Positions 30,249-41,659 are shown, numbered from the stretch's first letter. The stretch: DNA of 64,000 bases from Chamaesiphon sp. (GCA_965246715.1 CBDFFH010000020.1:32001-96000), one strand, 5' to 3'. Translations and numbers: made by a program. Notes: a model not told the origin generated them from the letters alone.

Positions 30249-30288
30249 TAGTTCTAGCTAAGTAGGCTTAATGTTTTAGCTAGAACTA
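30249..30288. repeat. Inverted-repeat site TAGTTCTAGCT-N18-AGCTAGAACTA, copy 3
   Basis: Read directly from sequence. Confidence 0.85.
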
Positions 30289-30332
30289 TTGACAACGAGT
30301 GAAATTACTTTTAGTGCCGCTAGTCAAGAACC

Positions 30333-30554
30333 TCAGCGGGGAGCGAGAACATCTCCACTGTAGAATCGTTCGTCATTCGCTACTTTATACCACCACGTTC
30401 GATCGTCGAAATCATACCATCGAGCCACAATACTCGTCGCTTTCTCTCGCTCGTTCCAATGCAGATTGACAGATTCGTAAAGAACGAATTTTGGAGCGGG
30501 AATATTAACTGTTTCCCCCTCGGTTAAACTATTTTCATTTACACGATCTGTCAT
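30333..30554 (-). CDS. Small hypothetical protein (SH3/KOW-like pattern)
   Basis: PKFVLYESV..IVARWY..WWYKV. Confidence 0.6.
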   Translation of the reverse strand: MTDRVNENSLTEGETVNIPAPKFVLYESVNLHWNEREKATSIVARWYDFDDRTWWYKVANDERFYSGDVLAPR

Positions 30555-30581
30555 TTTTTAAGTTTAGTAAGTAATTAAAAG

Positions 30582-31232
30582 CTAGTGAATTGTAACTAAC
30601 AGCCCGTCAAGCGAATAAAAATCAACAGCAATATCTAGCCGCTCGTCTAACTGCCGCCATACCCTACATTCAGTATCCCCCAGCAGTAGCCCCAACCACA
30701 CATCTACCAAAGCTAAATCTGCCCGTTCCAGCAGCTTTGAGAGTGATATTTCCCCATCATGTTCAGCGATCGTATCCCGAATCCGTCGCGACCATCGATC
30801 GATATCTTCGCTATGAGCCACATCCATAGCCGCTTGTAGCTGCTGGCATAGCTCCAACGCAGTACTTTTACTCACAGCAGCAACAGTTGAAACCGCTTGC
30901 CGCCCTGGTGGATAGTAATTATCGCTTGTCTCCACCAAATCCCCTAGATCCCACTCCATCCGACCTAGCACCAGCTCGTCGAAAATCGCTCGCTCGTATT
31001 GTGGCTCGACTAATTCCCCCGCAAATAAAGATGGCTGGTGCTGCCACTCATCGAGTAGTTTAATTGCCCGATCGCGATAGCAACCCGCCCAAACGACCAA
31101 AGCATCGCCAGCGGGTTCTAAATCCAGCGAACCAATCCAATTGCTCAAATCGATTGTGTTGGCTGCGACAGGAGCTGCGACCACCCGATCCAGAAATGTC
31201 CAGATGGTGAGTTGTTCGGGTTCAATAGTCAC
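30582..31232 (-). CDS. Hypothetical acidic protein, possible C-terminal winged helix
   Basis: 216-aa ORF overlapping upstream gene. Confidence 0.65.
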   Translation of the reverse strand: MTIEPEQLTIWTFLDRVVAAPVAANTIDLSNWIGSLDLEPAGDALVVWAGCYRDRAIKLLDEWQHQPSLFAGELVEPQYERAIFDELVLGRMEWDLGDLVETSDNYYPPGRQAVSTVAAVSKSTALELCQQLQAAMDVAHSEDIDRWSRRIRDTIAEHDGEISLSKLLERADLALVDVWLGLLLGDTECRVWRQLDERLDIAVDFYSLDGLLVTIH

Positions 31233-31713
31233 GACAATCAGTTAACGGACAAAGAGTGCTGTCAAATTCCTTAATGACTCGAAATTTAGCAAGAGCAATA
31301 CCGTCGTGTTGGGCGGACAGTGCCAAGAGAATGTTGCGCCCCGTCTGCTTGAGTTGAGCCTCTGTCAGCCCCAGGCAATGAATCGCCTCAATTCGATCCG
31401 TTAGCACCGACCCATAGTAGAGCCGCGCCCCGATCGCATGGATGGTGTTATTCGACAGGTTTATCCACAGACACAATTCTGCCGCATAAACATTCGGGAC
31501 GATGGGTTGCGTCGGCTCGGTGGCGGAGCCTAGCCCCTGGCCAATCGCGGCATTTTGCCGCCGTTCCTTCCGCCGGATTGCGGTAGCCGCTTTAGTGCGA
31601 TGGTACGAACGCCTGTCGGGACAACGATTATCGTCCCAGCAGTTCTTCTGTCTTGCCTGAACTGCCGATAACTTAGAGCAAGCCGCGCAATTATGTGGCA
31701 GTTTCGTCGGCAT
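31222..31713 (-). CDS. Cys-rich hypothetical protein
   Basis: CAAC..CWDDNRC..CPLTDC. Confidence 0.65.
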   Translation of the reverse strand: MPTKLPHNCAACSKLSAVQARQKNCWDDNRCPDRRSYHRTKAATAIRRKERRQNAAIGQGLGSATEPTQPIVPNVYAAELCLWINLSNNTIHAIGARLYYGSVLTDRIEAIHCLGLTEAQLKQTGRNILLALSAQHDGIALAKFRVIKEFDSTLCPLTDCRDY

Positions 31714-32359
31714 CACCCTCACCCCGCCATTCAAACTCAATCCGTTTTTCTGCTTGGATAAATTTGATATCGAACAGATCGAAGACGACCTCTCGCCCCA
31801 ACAGCAGCGGCGTATCACCAATATCACTTAAAATCCAAGCTACAGGAGCCTTGAAAGTATGCCCAGCGATCGACATATCGACCATGCGATTTACATACTC
31901 AATATCTCCCCCCACCCCTTCTCCGATCTCGATCTTCTCGCCAAAAGAAACGGAGAAACCTAATTCTTCACCAAGAGTTTTACTAATCAAACCGATCTCT
32001 GCACCAGAATCGACTACCATCAGCACTTCTCGCTGCTTTAACCGATACTGAGCTGGAGCGGCCTCGCCAACAGTAAATGAAACTGGATACAGAGGTTCCC
32101 AAGTTTCTTTCTTCAATCCGTAAAATTTTACCCAGTAAAAGCTGACTTGAGCAGTAGTAGCAGGAATCCAATCGATGATAAATGGCTTACCAGTGGCGAT
32201 CGCCTCCGCTTCAACCAGATCGTAACTGTCACCTGCCGCCAAGACTTCACCAGTCCCACAAGCTATATACTTTTTCCGATAGTTGCTGCGGATCGTCCGG
32301 CGATTCTGGGTGCGCCAGAGAATAATGGCTTGAGTCTGTTCTGGAGTGCGACTTTGCAT
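31691..32359 (-). CDS. DUF5678-like domain fused to retropepsin-like aspartyl protease
   Basis: YRKKYIA..EVLAAGDS N-domain; MVVDSGA catalytic motif; LLGRE. Confidence 0.75.
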   Translation of the reverse strand: MQSRTPEQTQAIILWRTQNRRTIRSNYRKKYIACGTGEVLAAGDSYDLVEAEAIATGKPFIIDWIPATTAQVSFYWVKFYGLKKETWEPLYPVSFTVGEAAPAQYRLKQREVLMVVDSGAEIGLISKTLGEELGFSVSFGEKIEIGEGVGGDIEYVNRMVDMSIAGHTFKAPVAWILSDIGDTPLLLGREVVFDLFDIKFIQAEKRIEFEWRGEGDADETAT

Positions 32360-32521
32360 AGTTATCGGCGGTGGATCTTCATGCTGTAATTATATCACCA
32401 ACCAAACTGAAACATCAATTTTATCCGAGTTTTATCCGACGTATGGAAATGAATCTTTTCATGCGTTAAAGCGGTGGTATAATCTTACCAATCTCCTAGT
32501 ACCGAGCAATTGAGGTTAGAT

Positions 32522-33092
32522 ATGATTGCAGCACCAGCACATTTGCCCCGACTTACCCCTGAAGAGTACTTTGCTTGGGAACAGCAGCAAGAAATTAAGC
32601 ACGAGTACTTCGATGGCGAAGTTTTTGCCATGAGTGGTGGGACGGTCAATCACGGACGGATTGGCGGTAGAATTTTTTCATTAATTGACGATCGTCTCAG
32701 CGAATCGGATCGCTGCATCGCGCTTAACTCAGATGTCAAAATTAAGATCCAAGCATCAGAAAAGTACGTTTACCCCGATGCCAGTGCGACCTGTGATGAA
32801 CGAGATCGACAAACGACTCAATTTATTAGCCATCCATCTCTAATCGTCGAAGTCCTTATCCCCCAGTACTGAAGCCTATGACCGAGGCAAGAAATTCAAA
32901 CTCTATCAGCGATCGCCCAGCTTAGTTGAATACGTCCTCGTTAGTGCTGAAGAAATTGAAATTGAAGTATTCCGCAAGAACGAGCGTAGTAAGTGGGAAG
33001 TAACCAACTACGTTGCTGGGGATACGGTCGAACTAGAAAGTATCGGACTCTCCTTTGCCATCGAACGAGTCTATCGTGGCATCGAATTTTGA
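32522..33092 (+). pseudogene. Uma2-family endonuclease, frameshifted near 32860
   Basis: KHEYFDGEVFAMSGG..YVYPD..LIVEVL; continues STEAYDRGKKF..EYVLVS in another frame. Confidence 0.85.
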
Positions 33093-33138
33093 GGCAGATC
33101 TTCACTCGTCACCTTTGTGAAAGTTATATAAAAGAAAA

Positions 33139-33543
33139 ATGATGATTGAATATATTCCTTTATGCAAACATTGCCAATCTTCGGCTCTAGAAATTCAAGG
33201 AGCTAAAAACGAGGAGAATGCGAGTTGGCTAGATTATGAATGTCATAGCTGCGGTGAATTTACTAGATTTCACTATGCCAAAGACGCAGTAGCAGGAGCA
33301 GACCCAATCCGCATCGAATCTGGCCCTATAAAAAATAGATCTAAACTTCGATCGTTTGAGTTCGAGCTAACCGACGAGCAAGCCCAAGCCCTAGCTCAAT
33401 ATCTCAAGCGCGTCCAGTTTGATGATTTCCGCCGCCGCGCTATCGATGAAGACGACGCTTATCTCATGCAAGATGCAGCCTCAGAGGTTCGCAAAGCATT
33501 GGCACGTTGGGCTAGTTTAGCGAAACAGGCAACTACATCGTGA
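33139..33543 (+). CDS. Zn-ribbon hypothetical protein with small helical C-domain
   Basis: CKHC..CHSC; ELTDEQAQALAQYLKR. Confidence 0.65.
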   Translation: MMIEYIPLCKHCQSSALEIQGAKNEENASWLDYECHSCGEFTRFHYAKDAVAGADPIRIESGPIKNRSKLRSFEFELTDEQAQALAQYLKRVQFDDFRRRAIDEDDAYLMQDAASEVRKALARWASLAKQATTS

Positions 33544-33790
33544 AATGGGAATTATATGATAAATAGAAACGCAGAATTAGGAATGAGAAATAAAATTTGC
33601 AAGCACATATACATTTTTAAATATTCCTAACACTAACAATACTTTCTTTTACTCAAAGTCGCTGCTTATCAGATGGTTAAGCCATTTGATAAGTTGATGA
33701 CGGAACTCGATCGATGTCTTGAGACTATTAATACAATACGATAACGATTGAGAGTACCGCATTCATAGCTAAATAACTAATTAAAATAAG

Positions 33791-34096
33791 GTGGATAATA
33801 ATCTCATTAGACCGAAACTAATAACAGAATACCGACAGGATAGTGAAATAGATGAAGATTTTATCGGTTATTATGCTGTCGGGCATTGGGATAGGCAGTC
33901 GTTCGCTATTGCTTGTCACAAGAATTATGGAACTGATGATATTGTCATTTTATCTGAAGTGATATTAGGCTGGGCGAGTCGGTGTCATTGTGAAGACGAT
34001 GAGCCTGATGATGAATACAATTGCTGGAATTATCATGAATTAAAAACTCAAGAGAGTGTAAGACCAGTTACTTATTGGCTGAGGTCTAAAAGATGA
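33791..34096 (+). CDS. Acidic hypothetical protein
   Basis: 101-aa ORF. Confidence 0.55.
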   Translation: MDNNLIRPKLITEYRQDSEIDEDFIGYYAVGHWDRQSFAIACHKNYGTDDIVILSEVILGWASRCHCEDDEPDDEYNCWNYHELKTQESVRPVTYWLRSKR

Positions 34097-34190
34097 GCTT
34101 TGTTTAGAGAGTATCAACTTAACTTTCCCAATCGAGCGAGTGTATCGAGGAATTGAATTTTAATTATCGAAAATTTGGAATCTACAAAAT

Positions 34191-34715
34191 ATGATTACTA
34201 CAAAGTTGCACGAACGGTATAATAGTCATCAAATAACACTTAACGAGGTTTATCCGAGAGAATATGAGCTGTGGATCGATGAAAAAGTATATCAAAATCC
34301 CAATCGAACCATATCTCGCGATGAACGCAAGCTGTGGCAGCTTGGAAGAGAGATCGTAGACAGTTTATTGCCGGACGAAAAGCATAAGATTATCCAGAAA
34401 ATATTGGAAAAGTCTCCATACCTTAAAAGTTTTTACTTCAGAGATCTTTCTGAGTCGGAACTGAATCAATTATGTGAACATCTCCAATCTAATAATCGAT
34501 CCCCCAAAGCCCAAGAGGAGCATCTTTTCAAGACAGGGGAGGCTACGCCAACGAACTCGATCTCTATTGGCTCTATTGTCATTGGAGAGAAATCTCCTAC
34601 TAACAGAGGTATTGTATTTTCTTTTGCTCAGGAAGAACCTTTAGTCTTGTGGCAGAGTGGGTTCAAGAGCATTTGTAGGATCGAACAACTCAAGTTAGCT
34701 CCTGTTGAATTATGA
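34191..34715 (+). CDS. Hypothetical protein
   Basis: 174-aa ORF overlapping recombinase start. Confidence 0.6.
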   Translation: MITTKLHERYNSHQITLNEVYPREYELWIDEKVYQNPNRTISRDERKLWQLGREIVDSLLPDEKHKIIQKILEKSPYLKSFYFRDLSESELNQLCEHLQSNNRSPKAQEEHLFKTGEATPTNSISIGSIVIGEKSPTNRGIVFSFAQEEPLVLWQSGFKSICRIEQLKLAPVEL

Positions 34716-35716
34716 CTCGCAACCCTCCTGCTGTCGTCATCACTCCAGTCGTCGAAGTGCAAGCGATTTCTATTCCCAGTGCTGCTTCACAACATTTGTG
34801 GGCGGAGTTTGGACAGTTGAAAATCACCGACAGTACTCGCAAACAGTACGTTAAGGCGATCGAGAATTTCTGTCAGTTTGCTTATAACGGCTCTGCTACT
34901 CCAGAGAGGATCGCAGAATTTCTAGATTTCGATCGATATGCTGCAATTGAGCTGGTATTAAGGTATCGTCGTCACTCGATCGATAAAAACCTTGCACCTA
35001 GCACGATTAATGTCCGGCTGGCGGCGATTAAGAGTTTGGTGGACATGGCGCGGAAGCTGGGTAAAACCACTGTCGATCTGGGGGATATCGAGAGCATCCC
35101 CAGTGAGAGCTATCGCGATACTAAGGGGATTTCGGTCGAACAGTTTAAGTCGATGTTGGAGGAGATCGATCCGAGTACGCCGATCGGGGTGAGGGATTAT
35201 GCGATCATGTTGTTATTCTGGGGGAATGCACTCCGACGGGGGGAAATTGCCAGTGCGAATATTGAGGATTTTTTACCCCAGCAGCAGAAGTTGACGATCT
35301 TAGGGAAGGGGAAACGAGCGAAGGTGGCGATCGATCTGACGGATAGTGTGAGTTATGCTTTGGAGGAGTGGCTGAATTTTCATCCTTACAATTCGCCGGA
35401 AAAGCCACTGATTACTTCTTTGAGCCATAACTGTTATGGGTCGAGGATTGCTGGGGATAGTATTTATCGGATCGTTCAGGGGTATGCTGAGGCTGCGGGG
35501 ATCGAGCGGCGGGTGTCGCCGCACCGTCTAAGGCATAGTTCGATTACAGCGTTTTTGGATGCTAGTGGGGGTAATCTGCGGGCGGCACAAGCGTTGAGTC
35601 GGCATCGCAATCAGAATACGTTGAATTTGTACGATGATAATCGACGACAGGAACAGAAGGGTGCTTCTGGGATGTTGGAGGATTTGTTAGTGGGGACTGG
35701 CGGGAAAAGCGAGTGA
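34712..35716 (+). CDS. Tyrosine recombinase (XerC/D-like)
   Basis: RDYAI..ALRRGE; GKG; SPHRLRHS; SRH..LYDD catalytic residues. Confidence 0.93.
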   Translation: MTRNPPAVVITPVVEVQAISIPSAASQHLWAEFGQLKITDSTRKQYVKAIENFCQFAYNGSATPERIAEFLDFDRYAAIELVLRYRRHSIDKNLAPSTINVRLAAIKSLVDMARKLGKTTVDLGDIESIPSESYRDTKGISVEQFKSMLEEIDPSTPIGVRDYAIMLLFWGNALRRGEIASANIEDFLPQQQKLTILGKGKRAKVAIDLTDSVSYALEEWLNFHPYNSPEKPLITSLSHNCYGSRIAGDSIYRIVQGYAEAAGIERRVSPHRLRHSSITAFLDASGGNLRAAQALSRHRNQNTLNLYDDNRRQEQKGASGMLEDLLVGTGGKSE

Positions 35717-35934
35717 CTAATAATTTATTTGCTGGGATTTATTAGTGGATGTGCTGAATTTTTTAAATAGCTAAGATCGACTAAAAACCCTGCTCTCATT
35801 GCGATTCAGGCTGAGATAAAACTATATTTTTATCCTGACCTTTCTCAACGATTACACCCGCATGAAGGGTGGCTTAAAACCTTTACCTACTCTTACTCGA
35901 TCGAAACTTTCCATTCGTAATTCTAAAGTATTAG

Positions 35935-36427
35935 AGTGGTTTGGAATATACCCTAGTGTTGAACGGAGCGTTTATGGAGTTTATCCCCTATATGCCTGAG
36001 TTTGACCTAGAACATCAGATATTTCAATACTGGGGCGATGGTGAAATGCCGATGGATTTTACGGCTCCTGATGATACTGCCAAGTATGTCGCCGCAGCCG
36101 TGAGCTGATGATCCAGACGTTCCAGACTTGGCAAACACGGCATTAGAAGTCGCGGGCGATACTCTAACCGCCAAGCAGTTGAAAGCCACTTATGAAGCGG
36201 CAACGGGCACCCAATTAACTGAAAAACGGTTGGGCAGTATCCCCGAAATGCAAGCTTGGATTGCTACCAAAAAAGCGTCCGCCAGCTCACTGGCTGAGTA
36301 TATATCGGATCAATATGATTATGCGATGGTATCGGGTAAAGGCAAGCTCGATCGCCTTCAGAACGATCGCTATCCTCAAATCGAACCCATCACCGTTAAG
36401 CAATTTCTAGATCGAGAAAATTCTTAA
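35935..36427 (+). pseudogene. 5'-truncated NmrA-family paralogue
   Basis: Homologous to 3' half of 37418-38320 (GLEYTLVLNGAFM..ALEVAG..GKGKLDR). Confidence 0.75.
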
Positions 36428-36555
36428 AACGGTAGCTTTATTTCGGATCTCGCTTGCGAGTCCGCTATGAGTCAAAAAATAGAGCCACCCGATCGTCAGA
36501 AACGATTCACAGCCAAATTCTATCCTCTCGATCTCAACCATAACTCCAACATCAA

Positions 36556-37386
36556 ATGAGCAACCTTCCTCAGAATTTCGAGCAAACGTTTACGCACCAA
36601 ACAGCAATTCTTGATGGTGTGCATCTGCATTATGTTATCGGCGGACAGGGCGAACCAATCGTATTGCTGCATGGCTGGCCGCAAACTTGGTATGAGTGGC
36701 GCAAGATTATGCCAATCCTAGCCCAGCATTACACCGTTATTGCTCCTGACTTACCTGGACTGGGAGACTCCTCTGCGTCAACAACAGGATACGACAAGCG
36801 ATCGATTGCCCAAGTCATCCATCAGCTCGTCACTCATTTGGGATTCGATCGCATCAACCTAGTCGGTCACGATATTGGCGCAATGGTTGCCTATGCGTAT
36901 GCTGCCATTCATCCAGAAACTATCCAGCGATTGGTATTGGCAGAATCTTTACTACCTGGTTTTGGGCTAGAAGAGAAAATGGATGTTGCGAGCGGCGGCT
37001 TTTGGCACTTTGGCTTCCACATGGCTCCTGAGATTCCAGAACTGCTGACAGCCGGAAGAGAGCGAGAGTATCTGTGTGCGCTCGTCTATCGAACTGGGGT
37101 CGAAGCGGATGCAATTGACGAATATGTCCGTCACTACGCCGCACCAAACGGAATGCACAATGGATTTGAATATTACCGAACTCTGCTCAAAGATGGGCAG
37201 CAAAACCGCGAACTTGCAAAAAGCAAGCTGCTAATGCCAGTCCTGATTTTGACCGGAAGCAATAGTCCGATCGAGGGACTGCTCGAAGGAGCGCAAGCAG
37301 TCGCAGCCAATGTGCAAAGCCAAATTATCGAAAACTCTGGTCACTGGCTTGCCGAAGAGCAACCCGATCGACTTTTTTCGCTGTGA
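36556..37386 (+). CDS. Alpha/beta hydrolase (epoxide hydrolase-like)
   Basis: LLHGWP; GHDIG nucleophile; SGHW. Confidence 0.9.
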   Translation: MSNLPQNFEQTFTHQTAILDGVHLHYVIGGQGEPIVLLHGWPQTWYEWRKIMPILAQHYTVIAPDLPGLGDSSASTTGYDKRSIAQVIHQLVTHLGFDRINLVGHDIGAMVAYAYAAIHPETIQRLVLAESLLPGFGLEEKMDVASGGFWHFGFHMAPEIPELLTAGREREYLCALVYRTGVEADAIDEYVRHYAAPNGMHNGFEYYRTLLKDGQQNRELAKSKLLMPVLILTGSNSPIEGLLEGAQAVAANVQSQIIENSGHWLAEEQPDRLFSL

Positions 37387-37417
37387 TACTACTGTCACTG
37401 AATCGGGAGAATGAATC

Positions 37418-38320
37418 ATGTACAAAATCGACTGTGTTGGTTGCTGGTGCTACTGGAATGCTGGGTACTAAAATTGTCGCTGCTCTACTCGATAAAGGTG
37501 ATATTAACGTTCGGGCAATGGTGCGATCGATCGACGATACTAATGAAAAAAATCGTCAAAAGATCGACGCGATGAAAGCCAAGGGCGCAACGATCGTGAA
37601 GGCGACGCGATGAAACCTGAGACGTTGCTGCAATTATGTACGGGAGTCGATGTAGTGGTATCGGCGATCGGGAATAATGAAGTGACGGTGCCAGGGCAGA
37701 AAAACTTAATCGATGCTGCTAAACAGCAAGGCGTGAAACGATTTATTCCCTCCGATTACTCGATCGACTACCGCAAACTGGACTACGGCGACAATTACAA
37801 TTTAGACAAGCGCAAGGAAGTATTTGAGTATCTTCAGCACAGCGGTTTGGAATATACCTTAGTGCTCAACGGGGCATTTATGGATAGCATCACTTATATG
37901 CCACTGTTCGACCTCGAACATCAGACATTTCAATATTGGGGCGATGGTGAAACGCCGATGGATCTGACGACTACTGATGATACCGCCAAGTATGTCGCCG
38001 CAGCAGTCAGCGATCCAGACCTAGCCAACAAAGCTCTAGAAGTTGCAGGTGAGACGCTGACTGCCAAGCAGTTAAAAGCCAGTTACGAAGCGGCAACAGG
38101 CACGCACTTAGTGGAAAAACAATTGGGCAGTATTGCCGAGATGCAAGCTGCGATCGCGACCAAAAAAGCGTCAGCGAGTGCAGTGGAAGAGTATGTTTAC
38201 GACCAGTATATGTACGGGATGCTATCGGGTAAAGGCAAACTCGATCGGATTGAAGACGATCGTTATCCCCAGATTCACCCGATGACAGTCACGCAATTTT
38301 TGAGCAAAGGCACTAATTGA
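37418..38320 (+). pseudogene. NmrA-family NAD(P)-binding protein, frameshifted
   Basis: VAGATGMLG; KRFIPSDY; break near 37600. Confidence 0.8.
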
Positions 38321-38444
38321 GAAACTAGTTGCACGTTACAGAAGGCTATATTTTACCTTCTGTAACGCGGATCTACAGCAACCCGATCGAGAGCATCGAG
38401 CAAGATGCTCTTAGGGAAGTGCAAGAAATGAAGATCCTGCAAGG

Positions 38445-39514
38445 ATGAAGTAATCTAATAACGTAATTTTCACGCTTATGCAGCCAAAACAGCAGGTGGC
38501 AAGTTAGAGCCTTATGACTACGATCCAGGTGTCCTCCAGGATGCGAAGAAGTCGAAATTAATGTCGAGTACTGTGGGGTCTGTCATAGCGAGGGCAAACT
38601 GGTTGCAAAATGAGCTGGGGAATCGAGTCACTATCCTCTGGTTGCTGGAAGCATGAAGTCACGTAGTGGGTACAGTGAAGCTGCAATTGGCGATCGCGTA
38701 GACCACCTTAGAAATAGGACAGCGAGTAGGTTTGGGTTGGTATTCGCATTCTTGTATGCACTGTGACGTGGTGCATGTCTGGCAACCAAAATTTGTGTTT
38801 ACCGCAGAACAAACGATCGTCGGTCGATCTATGAAGGGTTTGCCGATAAGGTAGCGCGCCCATGCCGAATGGGTAACGCCCATACCTGCCGGAGTCGATC
38901 CTGCCAAAGCTGGCCCCCTATTCTGTGCGGGTGACAAGACTAGGTGTTCAATCCCCTCGTGCAGTTTGATATCAAACCGACCGATCGCGTTGGGGTAATT
39001 GGGGTTGGGGTAAATTGGGGCACCTCGCACTCCAATTTCTGCGAGCAAAAGTGGGGCTGCGATGTCACTGCTTTTTCAAGCAATCCACGATAAAGAAGCT
39101 GAAATCCTTACCGAAATGGGAGCTACCCACTTTGTCAATTCCCGCGACTGCTGAGGCGATGAAAGCCGTTGCCAACTCATTGGATTTGATTATTTCAACG
39201 GTGAGAAAACCACTCTCGAAGTAGATTTAGATTGGAGCACATACATCAATGCACTGCGTCCCAAAGGGCGATTGCATTTTGTGGGCTTTGCTCCCAATCC
39301 GATTCAAGCCAGTCTGGTGCCGTTAATCTTTGGGCAAAGATCCGTGTCTGGTTCGCCAACGGGTAGTCCGAGCACTGTCGCTCAAATGCTCGATTTTTGC
39401 GTTCGTCACAACATCGAACCATTGATTGAAATATTTCCATTTAGTCAAGTCAATGAAGCGATCGATCGTTTGAGATCGGGAAAAGCTCGATATCGAGTTG
39501 TTTTGAAACACTAG
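38445..39514 (+). pseudogene. Zn-dependent NAD(P) alcohol dehydrogenase, multiply frameshifted
   Basis: Fragments YCGVCHS, AGPLFCAG, SGKARYRVVL in shifting frames. Confidence 0.8.
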
Positions 39515-39796
39515 TCAACGGACGATCTTTGGATGTAGTAGCAAATTCGAGCGTTGAATCACAGCTTAAAAGATTGTCAGTTGGAGTAAAACCTATTACT
39601 GGTCTATAGTTCGGCAAATGCAGCGGGGACGACCAAAACCGGAATCGGGCATTTTGATACCAAAAGTGAGATCGAGGCGTATATTCGCACTGCGATGAAA
39701 GTGACAGGCGATCGCACACCTTAACCTCGATGACGAATTCGATCGAGACGCGGACTGGCGGAAGGGGCACGTAAAACTTCTAAATAGGAGAAATTT

Positions 39797-40552
39797 ATGA
39801 AGACATTGGAAAATAAAGTTGCCGTGGTTACAGGCGGAACTTCAGGAATTGGTAAAGCTACGGCCATCGCTTTGGGTGCCGCAGGTGCAAAGGTGGTGTT
39901 TTCGGGCAGGCGCGAGTCGGAAGGCGAACAGACTGCTAACTCTCTGCGCGAGGCTGGTGTCGATTGCTTATTCGTGAAGTCGGATGTAGCGAGTGAAACT
40001 GATGTCCGATCGCTAATTCAACAAACAGTTGATAAGTATGGGCAACTGGATTGTGCTTTCAACAACGCTGGCATCGACTCGCCTACAAAGCCACTCCACC
40101 AGCAGTCGATTGAAGACTTCGACAAACTGATGGCGATTAATGTGCGGGGTGTGTTCTTGTGCATGAAGTATGAAGTTCAACAGATGCTGACTCAAGGAGC
40201 TGGAGTCATTGTCAATAATTCTTCAATGGGTGGTTTGATTGCATTTGCGGGGATAAGTCCTTATAACGCTAGCAAACATGCTGTGATGGGTTTGACTCGT
40301 GCTGCCGCACTCGACTACGCCAAGCAAGGCATTCGGATTAATGCTATCAATCCTGGTTTGATTGCCACAGAGATGATGGATCGCCTCAGCACTGGTGGCA
40401 CTCCAGAGCAGCTTGCCTCATCGATTGTGCCGATGGGACGCTTGGGTCAATCTGAGGAAATTGCCGCAGCCGTTGTGTTCTTGTGTTCTGATGCTGCCAG
40501 TTATATGACAGGTCAGTCTCTCGTACTCGATGGCGGATATACAGCAGCCTAA
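39797..40552 (+). CDS. Short-chain dehydrogenase/reductase
   Basis: TGGTSGIG; NNAG; YNASK. Confidence 0.95.
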   Translation: MKTLENKVAVVTGGTSGIGKATAIALGAAGAKVVFSGRRESEGEQTANSLREAGVDCLFVKSDVASETDVRSLIQQTVDKYGQLDCAFNNAGIDSPTKPLHQQSIEDFDKLMAINVRGVFLCMKYEVQQMLTQGAGVIVNNSSMGGLIAFAGISPYNASKHAVMGLTRAAALDYAKQGIRINAINPGLIATEMMDRLSTGGTPEQLASSIVPMGRLGQSEEIAAAVVFLCSDAASYMTGQSLVLDGGYTAA

Positions 40553-40644
40553 GCGCGCAAATCAATTTTCTAGAGCGCAGAGTGCTAACTATTTTCTAAT
40601 GTCAGACAACTACAGTACTCAATTCAGACCTTAACTAATAACCA

Positions 40645-41659
40645 ATGAAAGCCATTGCAATCCAAAACGGTTTCGGCATCGACCATCTCGATCGACTCGA
40701 ACTGCCTGTACCCAGTCCCGCTGCTGATGAAGTCCTCGTCAAAATTCAGGCCGTTTCCCTTAACTACGTCGATTTGATGGTCGTCAAAGGCAAGATGAAC
40801 CCAAACTTACCGTTGCCATTCGTGCCTGGTGCGGATGGGGCGGGGATCGTCGAACGGATTGGAGCTGATGTGACCGCCTTCAAACCTGGAGAGCTGGTAG
40901 TCACGACCTTTATTCCCAAATGGACTAGCGGCGAACCGACCAAAGAAGTCGTAGACTATGCTACCCGCCAAGGGATCGGCTCCCCTGGTCAATTGAGCGA
41001 ATATAAAGTCTTTAAGGTCGATCGATTGACAAAGGCTCCTGCCAATCTCTCGGCTGTAGAAGCGTCTACCTTACCCGTAGCTGGGTTGACTGCTTGGAAC
41101 GGGCTGCACTATGCCAGTGTCACAGCAGGCGAGACGGTATTACTACACGGTACGGGCGGCGTTTCGATTTTTGCCCTTCAGTTTGCCAAAGCACTTGGTG
41201 CCCGTGTCATTATTACATCGAGCAGCGATGCTAAACTCCAACGAGCTAAAGAGTTAGGAGCTGACTATCTCATTAATTATCACACTACACCTAACTGGGA
41301 AGAAACGGTGCTCTCATTCACTGACGGCGTTGGTGTTGACGCAGTGCTCGAAACCGTCGGCGGCAAAAATCTCGCCCGATCGCTGAGCGTATTGCGAACG
41401 GGCGGCAGCATCTCGATTATGGGTTTACTTGGCGGTTCGGAAATGACGATCGATGCGCTTGTCCCTGATGGAAAAACATGCCACGATTCGTGGCATGGAA
41501 GTTGGCAACACTCAGGATTTTCAGGACATGAATCAGGCGATCGAGCAGCACGATCTTCATCCAGCGATCGATCGCACTTTTAGCTTCGATGAGGTGCAAT
41601 TGGCATTTACAGAGTTGGAGCAAGGGAAACATTTCGGCAAAATTGCGATTGTCATTTAA
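40645..41659 (+). pseudogene. Zinc-type ADH-like / quinone oxidoreductase, frameshift near 41460
   Basis: SLNYVD; GTGGVS; C-terminus GKHFGKIAI in second frame. Confidence 0.85.

Noticed and set aside
28196..30288. The IR sites as CRISPR repeats, MITE ends or integron attC sites
   Set aside because: Spacing is 0.8-1.3 kb, no target duplications were seen, and there are no RYYYAAC/GTTRRRY ends or IntI-type integrase.
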